Shown: piece after piece, positions 6,700 through 14,989 of the stretch | Numbering within the stretch: position 1 is the stretch's first letter | Layout of the letters: each line of letters opens with the position of its first letter | IMG/VR virus record: IMGVR_UViG_3300030207_002618 | Location: 1 to 59,469 of that record | Strand: one strand, 5' to 3' | Length of the DNA: 59,469 nt | Origin: a virus | Lineage: Duplodnaviria; Caudoviricetes | Translations under genes and position numbers: made by a program | The notes under the pieces: generated by a model | Database searches by the model: none | Seen by the model: the letters and a program-made list of their open reading frames with translations, nothing else | Told to the model about the DNA's origin: nothing

Positions 6700-8493
6700 A
6701 TGTTTATTTTTCAATACACAAACCCAGACGGCAATAAGTCATTGTTCAAAAGTCATGACCGAGGTCAGGCCAGCACTGATGCACAGCGTGCATTCTTTGC
6801 TGATTACAAAGCAGGAAAGTGGGTCGGCATTGACAGCGAAAACTCTATTGTGGAGCTTGATGATGTTGTTGAACCTGCAAAGGTTGAGCCTGCTGCCCCT
6901 GTATTTGGATTGATGGACCCGACTACCTCTGTTGCAGACAGCGGGTATGAGCAGTTCATGCAGGATGTATGCACTGACGATGAGCCCTGTGAAGAGGATG
7001 TCGAAGACATGGCGTCAGAGTATGAGCAAACCAATGATGCAATGGATGCATTGTCTGAAGACATGAACGCCATCGCCACTGCTAATGCAACCACGTCACG
7101 TCTTGAGATTGCAATGTCTGAAGACCCTCAAGTTCGTGAGGATACTCCAGTATTCCAAGGCGGCTGGGGCTCTGGTGCTAACGGCGTAAGCAAGCATGGT
7201 GATAAGCGTACTGTTGATTACAATACTGTCAGTCAGGTTGCAGTCAGTCGCCAGGAGAATCACGATGCTTGGCTTGCAGAGATTGGATTGTCTCGACCAC
7301 CGAAGAATATCTCTATTACAAAGGCAGGATACAAACGCGGTACTGCTGCTGTTGACCTTGGTTACGACAATCTTGATGCTGCTCGTACTGTGTGGGACGG
7401 GAAGCCAGACCCATACACTGCTGTATCACAGTTCATGAACATTATTGGATCGGAGGATCGGCAGAGTGTTGACCTTCCATTGTCTGGTTTGCAAATGAGT
7501 GACGATGGAATGCTGTTGACCAGCCAGGGTAGCTTCCGATTGGAGGAGCATGGCCTTAAGCAGTTGCTTACAGCATCACGCTTTGGTGTTGGTGAGGACA
7601 TGGCATCCGGTGATTCATTGTTTCCTCGTGGCTTTCATACAATGAAGGCACTTGACCCAGACATTAGAGCACATGTTTTCAATGAGCACATGCGCCGCCA
7701 TTGCAGTCATGACAAGGTAATGAAGTTCCGCACTCGATTGAACGACGGTGCTCGTACCATCTTCGGTGTCGTTGGTACTGGGTACAAAGAGTATGATGCA
7801 GATCAAGTTGCAAACATGATTCAGCTTGCTGTTGATGACATGCCCTACAAAGCAGAGATTCAATACAACTCGAAGACTACGAACTTCACAATGGATGTGA
7901 CAATGCATGCACCGTCGGACTTGACCGACTTCAGTGCGGGTGATTTGTATGAGGTTGGGTTCCGCTTCAAAGCTAATGACCGTGGGGGCGGCTCCATCAA
8001 TGGCAGTGCTATTGCGTTCTGGAATGAATGCTTGAATATGATCATCCTTCACAGTGAGAAGGCTGAGATTATGAGAGCAATTCACACGGGCAATATGGAA
8101 CAGAAGATGCAAGCCATCCGTGAGGGTATGGCTAATGCGCGTCCTGCAATGGAAAGGTTCGCCCAGGACTGGGGTATCCTCGGACAGACTGCATCGGTGT
8201 CTGCAATCTCAAGCAAAGACATGGATGACTATGGATTCGATGGTGCCAATGGCTCTCAGATTCTAATCAAGAAGCTCGTTGCCGAAGGCAAGGTTGCATC
8301 TAACATTGGTCGCGATGCTGCTGTGCAAATGATGTTTGATTCATATGCAGACCAGGGTGGTGGTGACAGTGTTCAGGATGTCATCAATGCAATCACACGT
8401 ATGGCTCATCAGCACCTCGTTGATGATTGTGCTCGTGATGTATTGGAGCGTGAGGCTGGTGCCCTTGTTCCTGTACTTGTAGGAAGAGCATAG
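6700..8493 (+). CDS. DUF932-like domain protein with acidic N-terminal extension
   Basis: C-terminal GFRFKAND.GGGSI...FWNECLN.II resembles DUF932 RxxCxNG; SD AAAGGA before ATG 6700; homolog 56880-58688. Confidence 0.6.
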   Translation: MFIFQYTNPDGNKSLFKSHDRGQASTDAQRAFFADYKAGKWVGIDSENSIVELDDVVEPAKVEPAAPVFGLMDPTTSVADSGYEQFMQDVCTDDEPCEEDVEDMASEYEQTNDAMDALSEDMNAIATANATTSRLEIAMSEDPQVREDTPVFQGGWGSGANGVSKHGDKRTVDYNTVSQVAVSRQENHDAWLAEIGLSRPPKNISITKAGYKRGTAAVDLGYDNLDAARTVWDGKPDPYTAVSQFMNIIGSEDRQSVDLPLSGLQMSDDGMLLTSQGSFRLEEHGLKQLLTASRFGVGEDMASGDSLFPRGFHTMKALDPDIRAHVFNEHMRRHCSHDKVMKFRTRLNDGARTIFGVVGTGYKEYDADQVANMIQLAVDDMPYKAEIQYNSKTTNFTMDVTMHAPSDLTDFSAGDLYEVGFRFKANDRGGGSINGSAIAFWNECLNMIILHSEKAEIMRAIHTGNMEQKMQAIREGMANARPAMERFAQDWGILGQTASVSAISSKDMDDYGFDGANGSQILIKKLVAEGKVASNIGRDAAVQMMFDSYADQGGGDSVQDVINAITRMAHQHLVDDCARDVLEREAGALVPVLVGRA

Positions 8494-8637
8494 AACTGGG
8501 GCTGTGGATAACTTTACAGTCTTTATGATTCTGTTTTGTATTGGTTTATTTATATCAATGCAGGACTTGATTTAAAAACAATACACGGGGTGGCTTTGTT
8601 TCGGCCACCCCGTGTCCAAATAGCAAGGAGAGAAACG

Positions 8638-9000
8638 ATGCCTACACAAAATGATAGTTCATTTATGCAGCACAGAAAAAAATACGAAGGTATTCTTCGC
8701 AATGATCCCGAGTATGATTCCATAATAAAAACAATACAGTCATGGGAATACTTTAAGCATGCATTGAATGACACATTGCACGGTGTTTATCTGCACGGTG
8801 TAACGCTTGAGAAATGGGACAGACTTGGCGATGCATGCTGGGGCCCATATTCATTCCACAATAAAGATGGCGAGGTGAGACGATGCAGTAAGCGCGGACC
8901 AGCCACATTAGCAGAGCGTGTATGCACTCTGAAAGAGGCCGTTCGCTTAATGCAGCATGGGGATATTCCGGTTCCGATTGACCAACCTTTGTCCAAATAG
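8638..9000 (+). CDS. Hypothetical protein (WD..L..CWG...RVC.LKE family)
   Basis: SD AAGGAG; paralog of 9011-9472 and homolog of 59082-59405. Confidence 0.7.
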   Translation: MPTQNDSSFMQHRKKYEGILRNDPEYDSIIKTIQSWEYFKHALNDTLHGVYLHGVTLEKWDRLGDACWGPYSFHNKDGEVRRCSKRGPATLAERVCTLKEAVRLMQHGDIPVPIDQPLSK

Positions 9001-9010
9001 TGGAGGACTA

Positions 9011-9472
9011 ATGCTAATTAATCTTAATAATGTTGACGAAGTTTATGAGTCTAATCGAAAAGTATATGAACAAATGTTTCACGATGACGATATGTCAGAC
9101 TTCATTGTTAATGAATCATTTAATTGGCATCATTACATTGATGTTGTAAATGCATATCTGTTTTTTGATGACAAACATATGAATACTATTGAGCTTGACG
9201 ATTGGCAGGCCCTTGCAGATAAATGCTGGGGTACGTTCCCCTCCACATTAGGGCCTGACACGGAGAGCGACCGCGTAGCTGTACTCAAAGAATGCATGAG
9301 GATTCATGCCGAAAACTTTATGATTCGAGTAATGCAAACATGCGAGATTGTATGCAAAAACGATGCCGCCTATTCGGTTGTGGCATTCCTTCTTAGTCAA
9401 TCTTCGTATGAGCTATTGATAGAGATGAGTAAACTGATTGGACTCAAGCCAATACCCGACAATGGTAAATGA
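9011..9472 (+). CDS. Hypothetical protein (paralog of upstream gene)
   Basis: SD GGAGGA; shares W..L.D.CWG...GP.T...RV..LKE. Confidence 0.7.
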   Translation: MLINLNNVDEVYESNRKVYEQMFHDDDMSDFIVNESFNWHHYIDVVNAYLFFDDKHMNTIELDDWQALADKCWGTFPSTLGPDTESDRVAVLKECMRIHAENFMIRVMQTCEIVCKNDAAYSVVAFLLSQSSYELLIEMSKLIGLKPIPDNGK

Positions 9473-9491
9473 CGAGCGCATAAATACAGAC

Positions 9492-9533
9492 AAAAGAAAA
9501 GCCCCAGGGGAGCAATCCCGTGGGGCTTTTTTT
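9492..9533. terminator. Bidirectional intrinsic terminator
   Basis: AAAAGCCCCA...TGGGGCTTTTTTT flanked by A- and T-tracts at the convergence of + and - gene blocks. Confidence 0.85.
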
Positions 9534-9555
9534 GTATCAGTAATGTACTGTTTGT

Positions 9556-9945
9556 TTATCGTTTACTTAATATATTTTTATGCAGTGGGTATGACATAGG
9601 CAATCGGTATCCAATATGGGCATAAACATCGCGTTGAAACTGGCCCTTACCAAAGTGAACCATTGTTCTAATGCTACCATTTAGTAAGGATACAATCTCT
9701 ATCGCATCGTCCATTGATATTCCCTTACGTACCAGTTTGCTTACGGACTCAACCGACGATGAATAGCTATTCAAACCATGAACTTTGTAACCCTCCCAAT
9801 ACTCATGGGCTCTATCGAATAGCTCTTGTATATCACTTGGATATAAGTCCATAGACTCGCACAATGCATCAATGCTTAGATTGTCTTGTGTCGCGTTTAT
9901 CTCGCATAGCAATCGTGCAAACTGCACTAAGTTATTACTCCACAT
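9556..9945 (-). CDS. Hypothetical protein
   Basis: 129-aa ORF in leftward early operon. Confidence 0.7.
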   Translation of the reverse strand: MWSNNLVQFARLLCEINATQDNLSIDALCESMDLYPSDIQELFDRAHEYWEGYKVHGLNSYSSSVESVSKLVRKGISMDDAIEIVSLLNGSIRTMVHFGKGQFQRDVYAHIGYRLPMSYPLHKNILSKR

Positions 9946-10117
9946 TACTCATCTCCTTTGCTTTTTCGATTGCCTCTTTTGCCTCGCTCTCCAGACCAGT
10001 CATCAGGTGAACAAGTTCCCAATGCAACACGTCCCATTTGCAATCGCGGCATAGCTTCACGGTTTCGACCAGTCGCTCAGCCAGCGATAGCAAAGGTCCT
10101 TCTGTATGCTTAGTCAT
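9935..10117 (-). CDS. Hypothetical protein
   Basis: MTKHTEGP start typical of small phage early genes; TAATG coupling, SD GGAGG. Confidence 0.6.
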   Translation of the reverse strand: MTKHTEGPLLSLAERLVETVKLCRDCKWDVLHWELVHLMTGLESEAKEAIEKAKEMSNVE

Positions 10118-10593
10118 TACGCACCTCCCAAGTGCATAAGAATATCGTGGCCCTTACGAATGTCTACGCAGTAGGGTTGTTGCAATAAGAGCCACCATTT
10201 AGCTGGTCTCCAGTCCTCATCATATGAACCAATCATATCCTGCTCTATGATTGCATCAGACAGCCGGGGTAATGCATCTCGCGTTTTTGCAATAGCTTTC
10301 TGCTTTGTGTTGTGAATATCCAGAGAGCCTTCAATGCTCCGTGTGTAATCCACTGCGGGTTCATACCCTGGTTGAGTCCTACCAAGCGTAGCTTCGGCCT
10401 CTGATATTGCCATGTCCCATTCGCCTTGACGAATACCAAGCTCCTCCGCATGTTCAGACATTACGTGTCTATACAATGCAACGAATGACGGAACGGCCTT
10501 GCCGCTACGCCAATCGAACTTGCCCGTTGACCATTCACAGTGGGCGCATCTAAGTGCAGTAAGTTTACCCATTTTTATATACTCCGTGACCAT
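10117..10593 (-). CDS. Hypothetical protein, possible C2H2-like zinc finger
   Basis: CAHC...HVMSEH. Confidence 0.6.
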   Translation of the reverse strand: MVTEYIKMGKLTALRCAHCEWSTGKFDWRSGKAVPSFVALYRHVMSEHAEELGIRQGEWDMAISEAEATLGRTQPGYEPAVDYTRSIEGSLDIHNTKQKAIAKTRDALPRLSDAIIEQDMIGSYDEDWRPAKWWLLLQQPYCVDIRKGHDILMHLGGA

Positions 10594-10665
10594 CTTTGTG
10601 GTCTGTTATTGTGCTGAATACACAGTTAGTATGCAGGACCAACGCCCTGCATACATGCTTTACAT

Positions 10666-11310
10666 TCAGTACTGAGATGTAATCTCACCATATGTCTCAA
10701 TCATGTCCTCTCGAATCCGCTTTGACATTGCCAATGCATCTACGATGAGATTGCTAACGTCTGGATATTCAAACTGACCAACGCAAATGGGATTCACATG
10801 CACAGAGTCAGTAAACATAACCTGAGAGCAGTCGGTCATTGCGCTGGTATTTATTGCATTAGATGCAAGGTACCATTCCGATGCGACTGGACCCTGTACG
10901 ACCCAACAATCTGAAGGGGTCTTTTGTGATGGTAGCTGTGCAGAGGGAATAGCTACTGCGATATTGTAATAATGAACCCGGATAACGAACACAATACAGA
11001 ATGTATTATCGAGATTATGCACAATCATTTTCGGTGCAGTAAACTTGTAGTTCCCTGATTGCAATGCATCAGACACACTACGAATATCCTCGTTACCAAG
11101 ATTATCCGATTCGATTTGCTCTAATGAGCGTTGCGGGTTGGATACCAAAAGCTCCGAAGCCAATGCTACGCTGTAGCTATTAATGTATTTTTTTATAGCA
11201 TCGTGAACAGGACCATAGGTATTCAGTGGGTCCTGGTCTACGTATTGATGGAATGGCATTGTCTGCAAGTCAATGCATGTACAGTATGGAAGTAGTCTCA
11301 TTTTGAGCAT
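10666..11310 (-). CDS. Hypothetical protein
   Basis: 214-aa ORF, SD AAGGA. Confidence 0.65.
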   Translation of the reverse strand: MLKMRLLPYCTCIDLQTMPFHQYVDQDPLNTYGPVHDAIKKYINSYSVALASELLVSNPQRSLEQIESDNLGNEDIRSVSDALQSGNYKFTAPKMIVHNLDNTFCIVFVIRVHYYNIAVAIPSAQLPSQKTPSDCWVVQGPVASEWYLASNAINTSAMTDCSQVMFTDSVHVNPICVGQFEYPDVSNLIVDALAMSKRIREDMIETYGEITSQY

Positions 11311-11465
11311 GGTTTTTTATCCTTGGATTGCTTTGCAATCGCTTCGTCTGCAAGTTTTTGTGAGAAACGGGCCATCTCCATGGCCTGTTCTTTGTTTATG
11401 AGACCCATCCTTGCCATAGCAAGGAGAGTTTGAAGATGCATTGCATGAGCTTGGATGGGTGTCAT
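11298..11465 (-). CDS. Small hypothetical protein (55 aa, below ORF-track cutoff)
   Basis: MTPIQAHAMHLQTLLAMARMGLINKEQAMEMARFSQKLADEAIAKQSKDKKPCSK; SD AAGGA; fills gap in operon. Confidence 0.6.
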   Translation of the reverse strand: MTPIQAHAMHLQTLLAMARMGLINKEQAMEMARFSQKLADEAIAKQSKDKKPCSK

Positions 11466-11585
11466 TATTGCGTATCCTTGGAGTGCATTGCACTCATTTG
11501 AGGTCGAGTAAGATGGTCATGACCGCCATAAACATTATGACGGTCACAGCCATTGTATTGATTGCCATTGCAATACACTCAAGCA

Positions 11586-12491
11586 TTACGAGACCACGAC
11601 GAATGTATTCGTAGCAGCATCGTAGCTCTTAATCTCCGCATCGGAGACTGATGCAAGCAAAGCTTTCAATGCAGATGCAGGCACCTTGATTGTGGTAGCC
11701 TTCGGCTCTGCATTAGGGGTAGCCTTCGGCTTACGCTTTGCAATGGTCACATGCTCAATGCTCTCGGCCTTCGGCGGAGTGGGCATTACAGTCGCAGGCT
11801 TTGGCTGTGAGCCTGAAGCCCGTTCAAGCTTCGCTTTACGCCATGCTGCATTAGCATCTTCCCGGCTAAAGCCGGCAGCTACCCGAATACGAACATACCT
11901 TCCGTAGGAACCGGTCCCTTTCATCTCCTCTGGAGATGGCATAGGGCATTCGCCTTGTGCAATCGCAGGCTTTGGAGCAGGTTTAGCCGTAGGCTGTGGG
12001 GCAGCCATAGCTGGGGAACCCAGCATCGGTGCAGGAGAGTCTTGCATTACGGGGGCAGGCTTAGCCTCCGGCTCTGCAAAGACGCCATACTGACGATTAC
12101 CTACGGTACCCTTGGTCAGGGTCTTGGGGTCTGCACTAAAGCCGAAGGCTTTAAGAACCGCGATATTGTGAGCACCGTGCATTTGCCCAGGGCCTGCCTG
12201 CCATTGACCATCCCGACGACGACCACCCCAAAACATGCGCTTTGGAACGTGCATTTTGTGAGCAGCGCAATGGCCCTTAAGTGTTTCATCTTCGATGAAG
12301 ATGCGACCCTGGCTAACTCCTGCAAGGAGTTGTCCGCCTGAAAGCATCCCGTTCAGTGTCTGCAAAGCTTTGCTTTGCATGTCTGACTTTGCATTAGACG
12401 CGAAGGCTACCAGAGGTAGACCAGACTTTACGCAGTAAAGGGTTTGTGGGTTGAGCTTGAGTGTGTTTGTGTTTGCAGCCATGATGGGCAT
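11586..12491 (-). CDS. Pro/Ala/Lys-rich early protein
   Basis: 301-aa ORF, SD AGGAGG, first gene of leftward block. Confidence 0.8.
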   Translation of the reverse strand: MPIMAANTNTLKLNPQTLYCVKSGLPLVAFASNAKSDMQSKALQTLNGMLSGGQLLAGVSQGRIFIEDETLKGHCAAHKMHVPKRMFWGGRRRDGQWQAGPGQMHGAHNIAVLKAFGFSADPKTLTKGTVGNRQYGVFAEPEAKPAPVMQDSPAPMLGSPAMAAPQPTAKPAPKPAIAQGECPMPSPEEMKGTGSYGRYVRIRVAAGFSREDANAAWRKAKLERASGSQPKPATVMPTPPKAESIEHVTIAKRKPKATPNAEPKATTIKVPASALKALLASVSDAEIKSYDAATNTFVVVS

Positions 12492-12555
12492 GCCTCCTGT
12501 GGGTCCACTTGGGGACCGTGGTTTCAGCCGGTCAACCGTTGACTGGCCTCACGTA

Positions 12556-12600
12556 CATGTAACCCGGCAAACCGAAATCCCGTCAAGGATTTTTTTTTAA
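12556..12600 (-). promoter_or_regulatory. Possible leftward promoter with A-tract UP element
   Basis: AAAAAAAAATCC-TTGACG on minus strand; -10 element non-canonical (GTTACATGT). Confidence 0.35.
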
Positions 12601-13081
12601 CCCTTTAGGGTTAGTTTTTCGATTTTGAACTGAGAGCCTCGCGTCCGACTGCGCCGCAGAGGCATCATGCGAGCATCACACACGCATCATGCACTCGACA
12701 GCAGCGATTTTCAGCATCAATGCATAAAGCGTAGCTTTAAACGCTCTCAGATGGCTACAGAATCGGTTTTTGGTTCTATCCCAAGGGATAGGGGGAGGAA
12801 TGGGGTTACTGTCCTCTCAGAGCGAAATAAGGCTATCCGTAGGATAAATGCACTTTTGAGCAGCAAACGCGGGATTGCAATCGCGGGATGCTGTATGTGT
12901 GTGTGTAATGCATTATGCGCGTGTACATGCGGACATGCGTGCATCATGCGCGCGAGCAAGCCCCCAAAGGCGGGCGTCCCCCCCCGAAGGCACTTGATAC
13001 TATAAGAAACACTACGTCTTCAAAAAATATCCTATTGGGAACCTTTTTTCGGTAGACACATCTAACGATACTTTTTTTGTG

Positions 13082-13110
13082 TTGCCCCAGTTTGCGTCGC
13101 TAATTACCAT
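13082..13110 (+). promoter_or_regulatory. Sigma70-like rightward promoter
   Basis: TTGCCC-N17-TACCAT preceded by T-tract. Confidence 0.45.
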
Positions 13111-13238
13111 AGGGGTGGTGGTCGGGCTAGGGTACTAAGAGTAACTAAATATATTACTAGTATGTACTTATTATCTTAGAGAAGAATATATTAGTACTCT
13201 CTGTATTAGTACTCTACTAAAGAGTACTTGGAGGACAG

Positions 13239-13595
13239 ATGGAGTACGAAGAGGGAGCAAAAGAAGTTTTACGTTTGCTCAGTTTGATTGAAGACAGGTT
13301 TGTGAACCATTGTCGTTTTTATTGCGTAGGTAAGATCGAGGTTGACGGGGTTTACTTTCGATGGAATCCCAGGGCTCGCCAGATTCAGTATCGTGAAGGT
13401 TTCGATGAACAGTGGGTTCACGCTGGCCGGGTATTTGAAATGGAGATCCCTGGTATTCTGGTAAAAAACATTCAGGCGCTGTATGATGCTTGTGTTGATG
13501 AACAGTCCAGAGTTGCTAAGGTTCTTTCTGAGGCTAGTAGTACTGGAAACAATTTTATTGATATGCTTTTACTAGAACAAAGTGGAGATAAGTAA
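13239..13595 (+). CDS. Hypothetical protein
   Basis: SD GGAGGA, 118 aa. Confidence 0.7.
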   Translation: MEYEEGAKEVLRLLSLIEDRFVNHCRFYCVGKIEVDGVYFRWNPRARQIQYREGFDEQWVHAGRVFEMEIPGILVKNIQALYDACVDEQSRVAKVLSEASSTGNNFIDMLLLEQSGDK

Positions 13596-13802
13596 ATGCC
13601 GGGAACTTCTGATGCTATTGCAATCACAACCGAAGACATGCAGTTTGAAAAGGTTACGCCTGCTCAAGCTTATGAAATGGTTCAAGAGGCAATGAAAACT
13701 GGTCAAGATGCTTTTGATAATTTGTCTCCAAAGATTAAAAAGATGGCAAAGCAACATGCAGAAAAAGAGTTACCAGACGCAAGCTTCTCTGCTTACGAAT
13801 AA
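13596..13802 (+). CDS. Hypothetical protein
   Basis: Abuts upstream stop; SD GGAG. Confidence 0.6.
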   Translation: MPGTSDAIAITTEDMQFEKVTPAQAYEMVQEAMKTGQDAFDNLSPKIKKMAKQHAEKELPDASFSAYE

Positions 13803-13811
13803 GGAAATACA

Positions 13812-14129
13812 ATGGACGAAATGTCACCAGAAATGAAAGCATACAAGCAAGTAAAGCAAGCTCTTTCGCAAGGGCAGGCCGCTGTAGACGCTCTACCACC
13901 AGAGGTAAGGGAAAAGGCCCTGGAGGTTGCCGGCGACACGGTAAAGGACGTAGTAGACCGCTCAGAGATGGAAGGCTACACCCCTGTGCCTGGAATGACC
14001 CCACAAGGTCTTACAGACGAGGCCCGTGCATTAATTACAGAGGATACGCTTAAGGCAAAAGAATCCGAAGACCTTGAGCGCATGAAGGCCATGATTGAAG
14101 CAGAGCAACGCTTACGATCAAAGATGTAG
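13812..14129 (+). CDS. Hypothetical protein
   Basis: SD AAGGA; acidic helical protein. Confidence 0.65.
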   Translation: MDEMSPEMKAYKQVKQALSQGQAAVDALPPEVREKALEVAGDTVKDVVDRSEMEGYTPVPGMTPQGLTDEARALITEDTLKAKESEDLERMKAMIEAEQRLRSKM

Positions 14130-14134
14130 AAGGC

Positions 14135-14230
14135 TTAGTAGCCCTTCTTCTTAGGCTTTGAGTAAGAACCCTTGCGGGCTTTGTCTGCAAGGCCCTTGGC
14201 CATCTTCTTCTTGTCGCTTCCGTGCTTCAT
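14135..14230 (-). CDS. Very small Lys-rich protein (31 aa)
   Basis: MKHGSDKKKMAKGLADKARKGSYSKPKKKGY; ATGA overlap with upstream gene. Confidence 0.5.
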   Translation of the reverse strand: MKHGSDKKKMAKGLADKARKGSYSKPKKKGY

Positions 14231-14466
14231 GCTTTCTTACCTTTAAGTAGACCGTGTTGGGCAGATGCTTCGCCTTTCGCCAAGCTTTTTCGTTTCTTTG
14301 TTGTAGCCGCTGCATATTTAGAAGGACTAACCTCTGAATGCATTGCGTCTGGCAGATATGGTTCACCAGTGGCGTCTGGTCCTTGAGTGCTGGGCTTACC
14401 AGATCGAGTGCGGTATTTCTTTGCTCCCCAATTCTTTAAGCTTTGCTGTGTTTTTTTAAGGTTCAC
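14227..14466 (-). CDS. Small basic phage protein
   Basis: LKKTQQSLKNWG..K.RT.SGKPS...GE.YLP pattern familiar from aquatic phages; GTGA overlap. Confidence 0.7.
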   Translation of the reverse strand: MNLKKTQQSLKNWGAKKYRTRSGKPSTQGPDATGEPYLPDAMHSEVSPSKYAAATTKKRKSLAKGEASAQHGLLKGKKA

Positions 14467-14645
14467 TTGTAACCTCCGCCCTTTGCTTTGTATTGCTTTG
14501 CAAGCATCTGAGCTTTGCGGGCTGACCACTTTCCAGGTCTTCCGCCCTTTGAGCCAGCCATAATCTTCTTAAAAAGATTCTTTCTCATTGTGGGCTTTGT
14601 ATAGTTGCCCGCCTCGTTGACGCGGCTTTCGCTTTTCTTAGCCAT
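14463..14645 (-). CDS. DUF5872-like small basic protein
   Basis: YTKPTMRK...AGSKGGRPGKWSARKAQMLAKQYK..GGGY. Confidence 0.7.
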   Translation of the reverse strand: MAKKSESRVNEAGNYTKPTMRKNLFKKIMAGSKGGRPGKWSARKAQMLAKQYKAKGGGYK

Positions 14646-14956
14646 TACCACTTCACCTTGTTGGCCCAATACGCTGCGCTCATAAGGCCCTTAGAAATGT
14701 TTTTAGCGTGACGAGCCTTGAAGCTCTTTCGTTTTGCTTTCATTCGAGCAGTCTCGCCAGACTTAGGCTTACCAGCAGTCTTAGCACCCTGCTCTCCAAA
14801 ACGAATAGTCTTTACTTTGCATCCCTCTTTGGCCACAACAATGTGACTCTTCTTTGGATGACCCGGTGTTCTCTTTGGCTTGTTTACCCCCTTAACGCCA
14901 GCGGCCTTAACCCTGGAGGCTACCTTTTTAGCGAAGTTCTTTCCACATTCAGCCAT
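14645..14956 (-). CDS. Small basic phage protein
   Basis: KTIRFG.QG...RKSFKARH...SAAYWA.KVKW pattern familiar from aquatic phages. Confidence 0.75.
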   Translation of the reverse strand: MAECGKNFAKKVASRVKAAGVKGVNKPKRTPGHPKKSHIVVAKEGCKVKTIRFGEQGAKTAGKPKSGETARMKAKRKSFKARHAKNISKGLMSAAYWANKVKW

Positions 14957-14989
14957 ATTAACATCCGGTTACTTCGGGGCTAACGCCCC

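Larger units (their letters stand above)
1..9064 (+). repeat. Early/replication region, allele A (diverged direct repeat of 50962-59469)
   Basis: 1-66 identical to 50962-51027; 9010-9064 identical to 59415-59469; colinear homologous genes and tRNAs in between. Confidence 0.95.

Noticed and set aside
7362-8112. Antisense ORFs conserved in both alleles (also 57557-58295)
   Set aside because: Conservation is explained by the near-identical sense gene; no SD or independent signal.
12667-13005. ORFs 12667-13005 (+) and 12747-12959 (-)
   Set aside because: Low-complexity translations of RY repeats with no SD; the region reads as non-coding.
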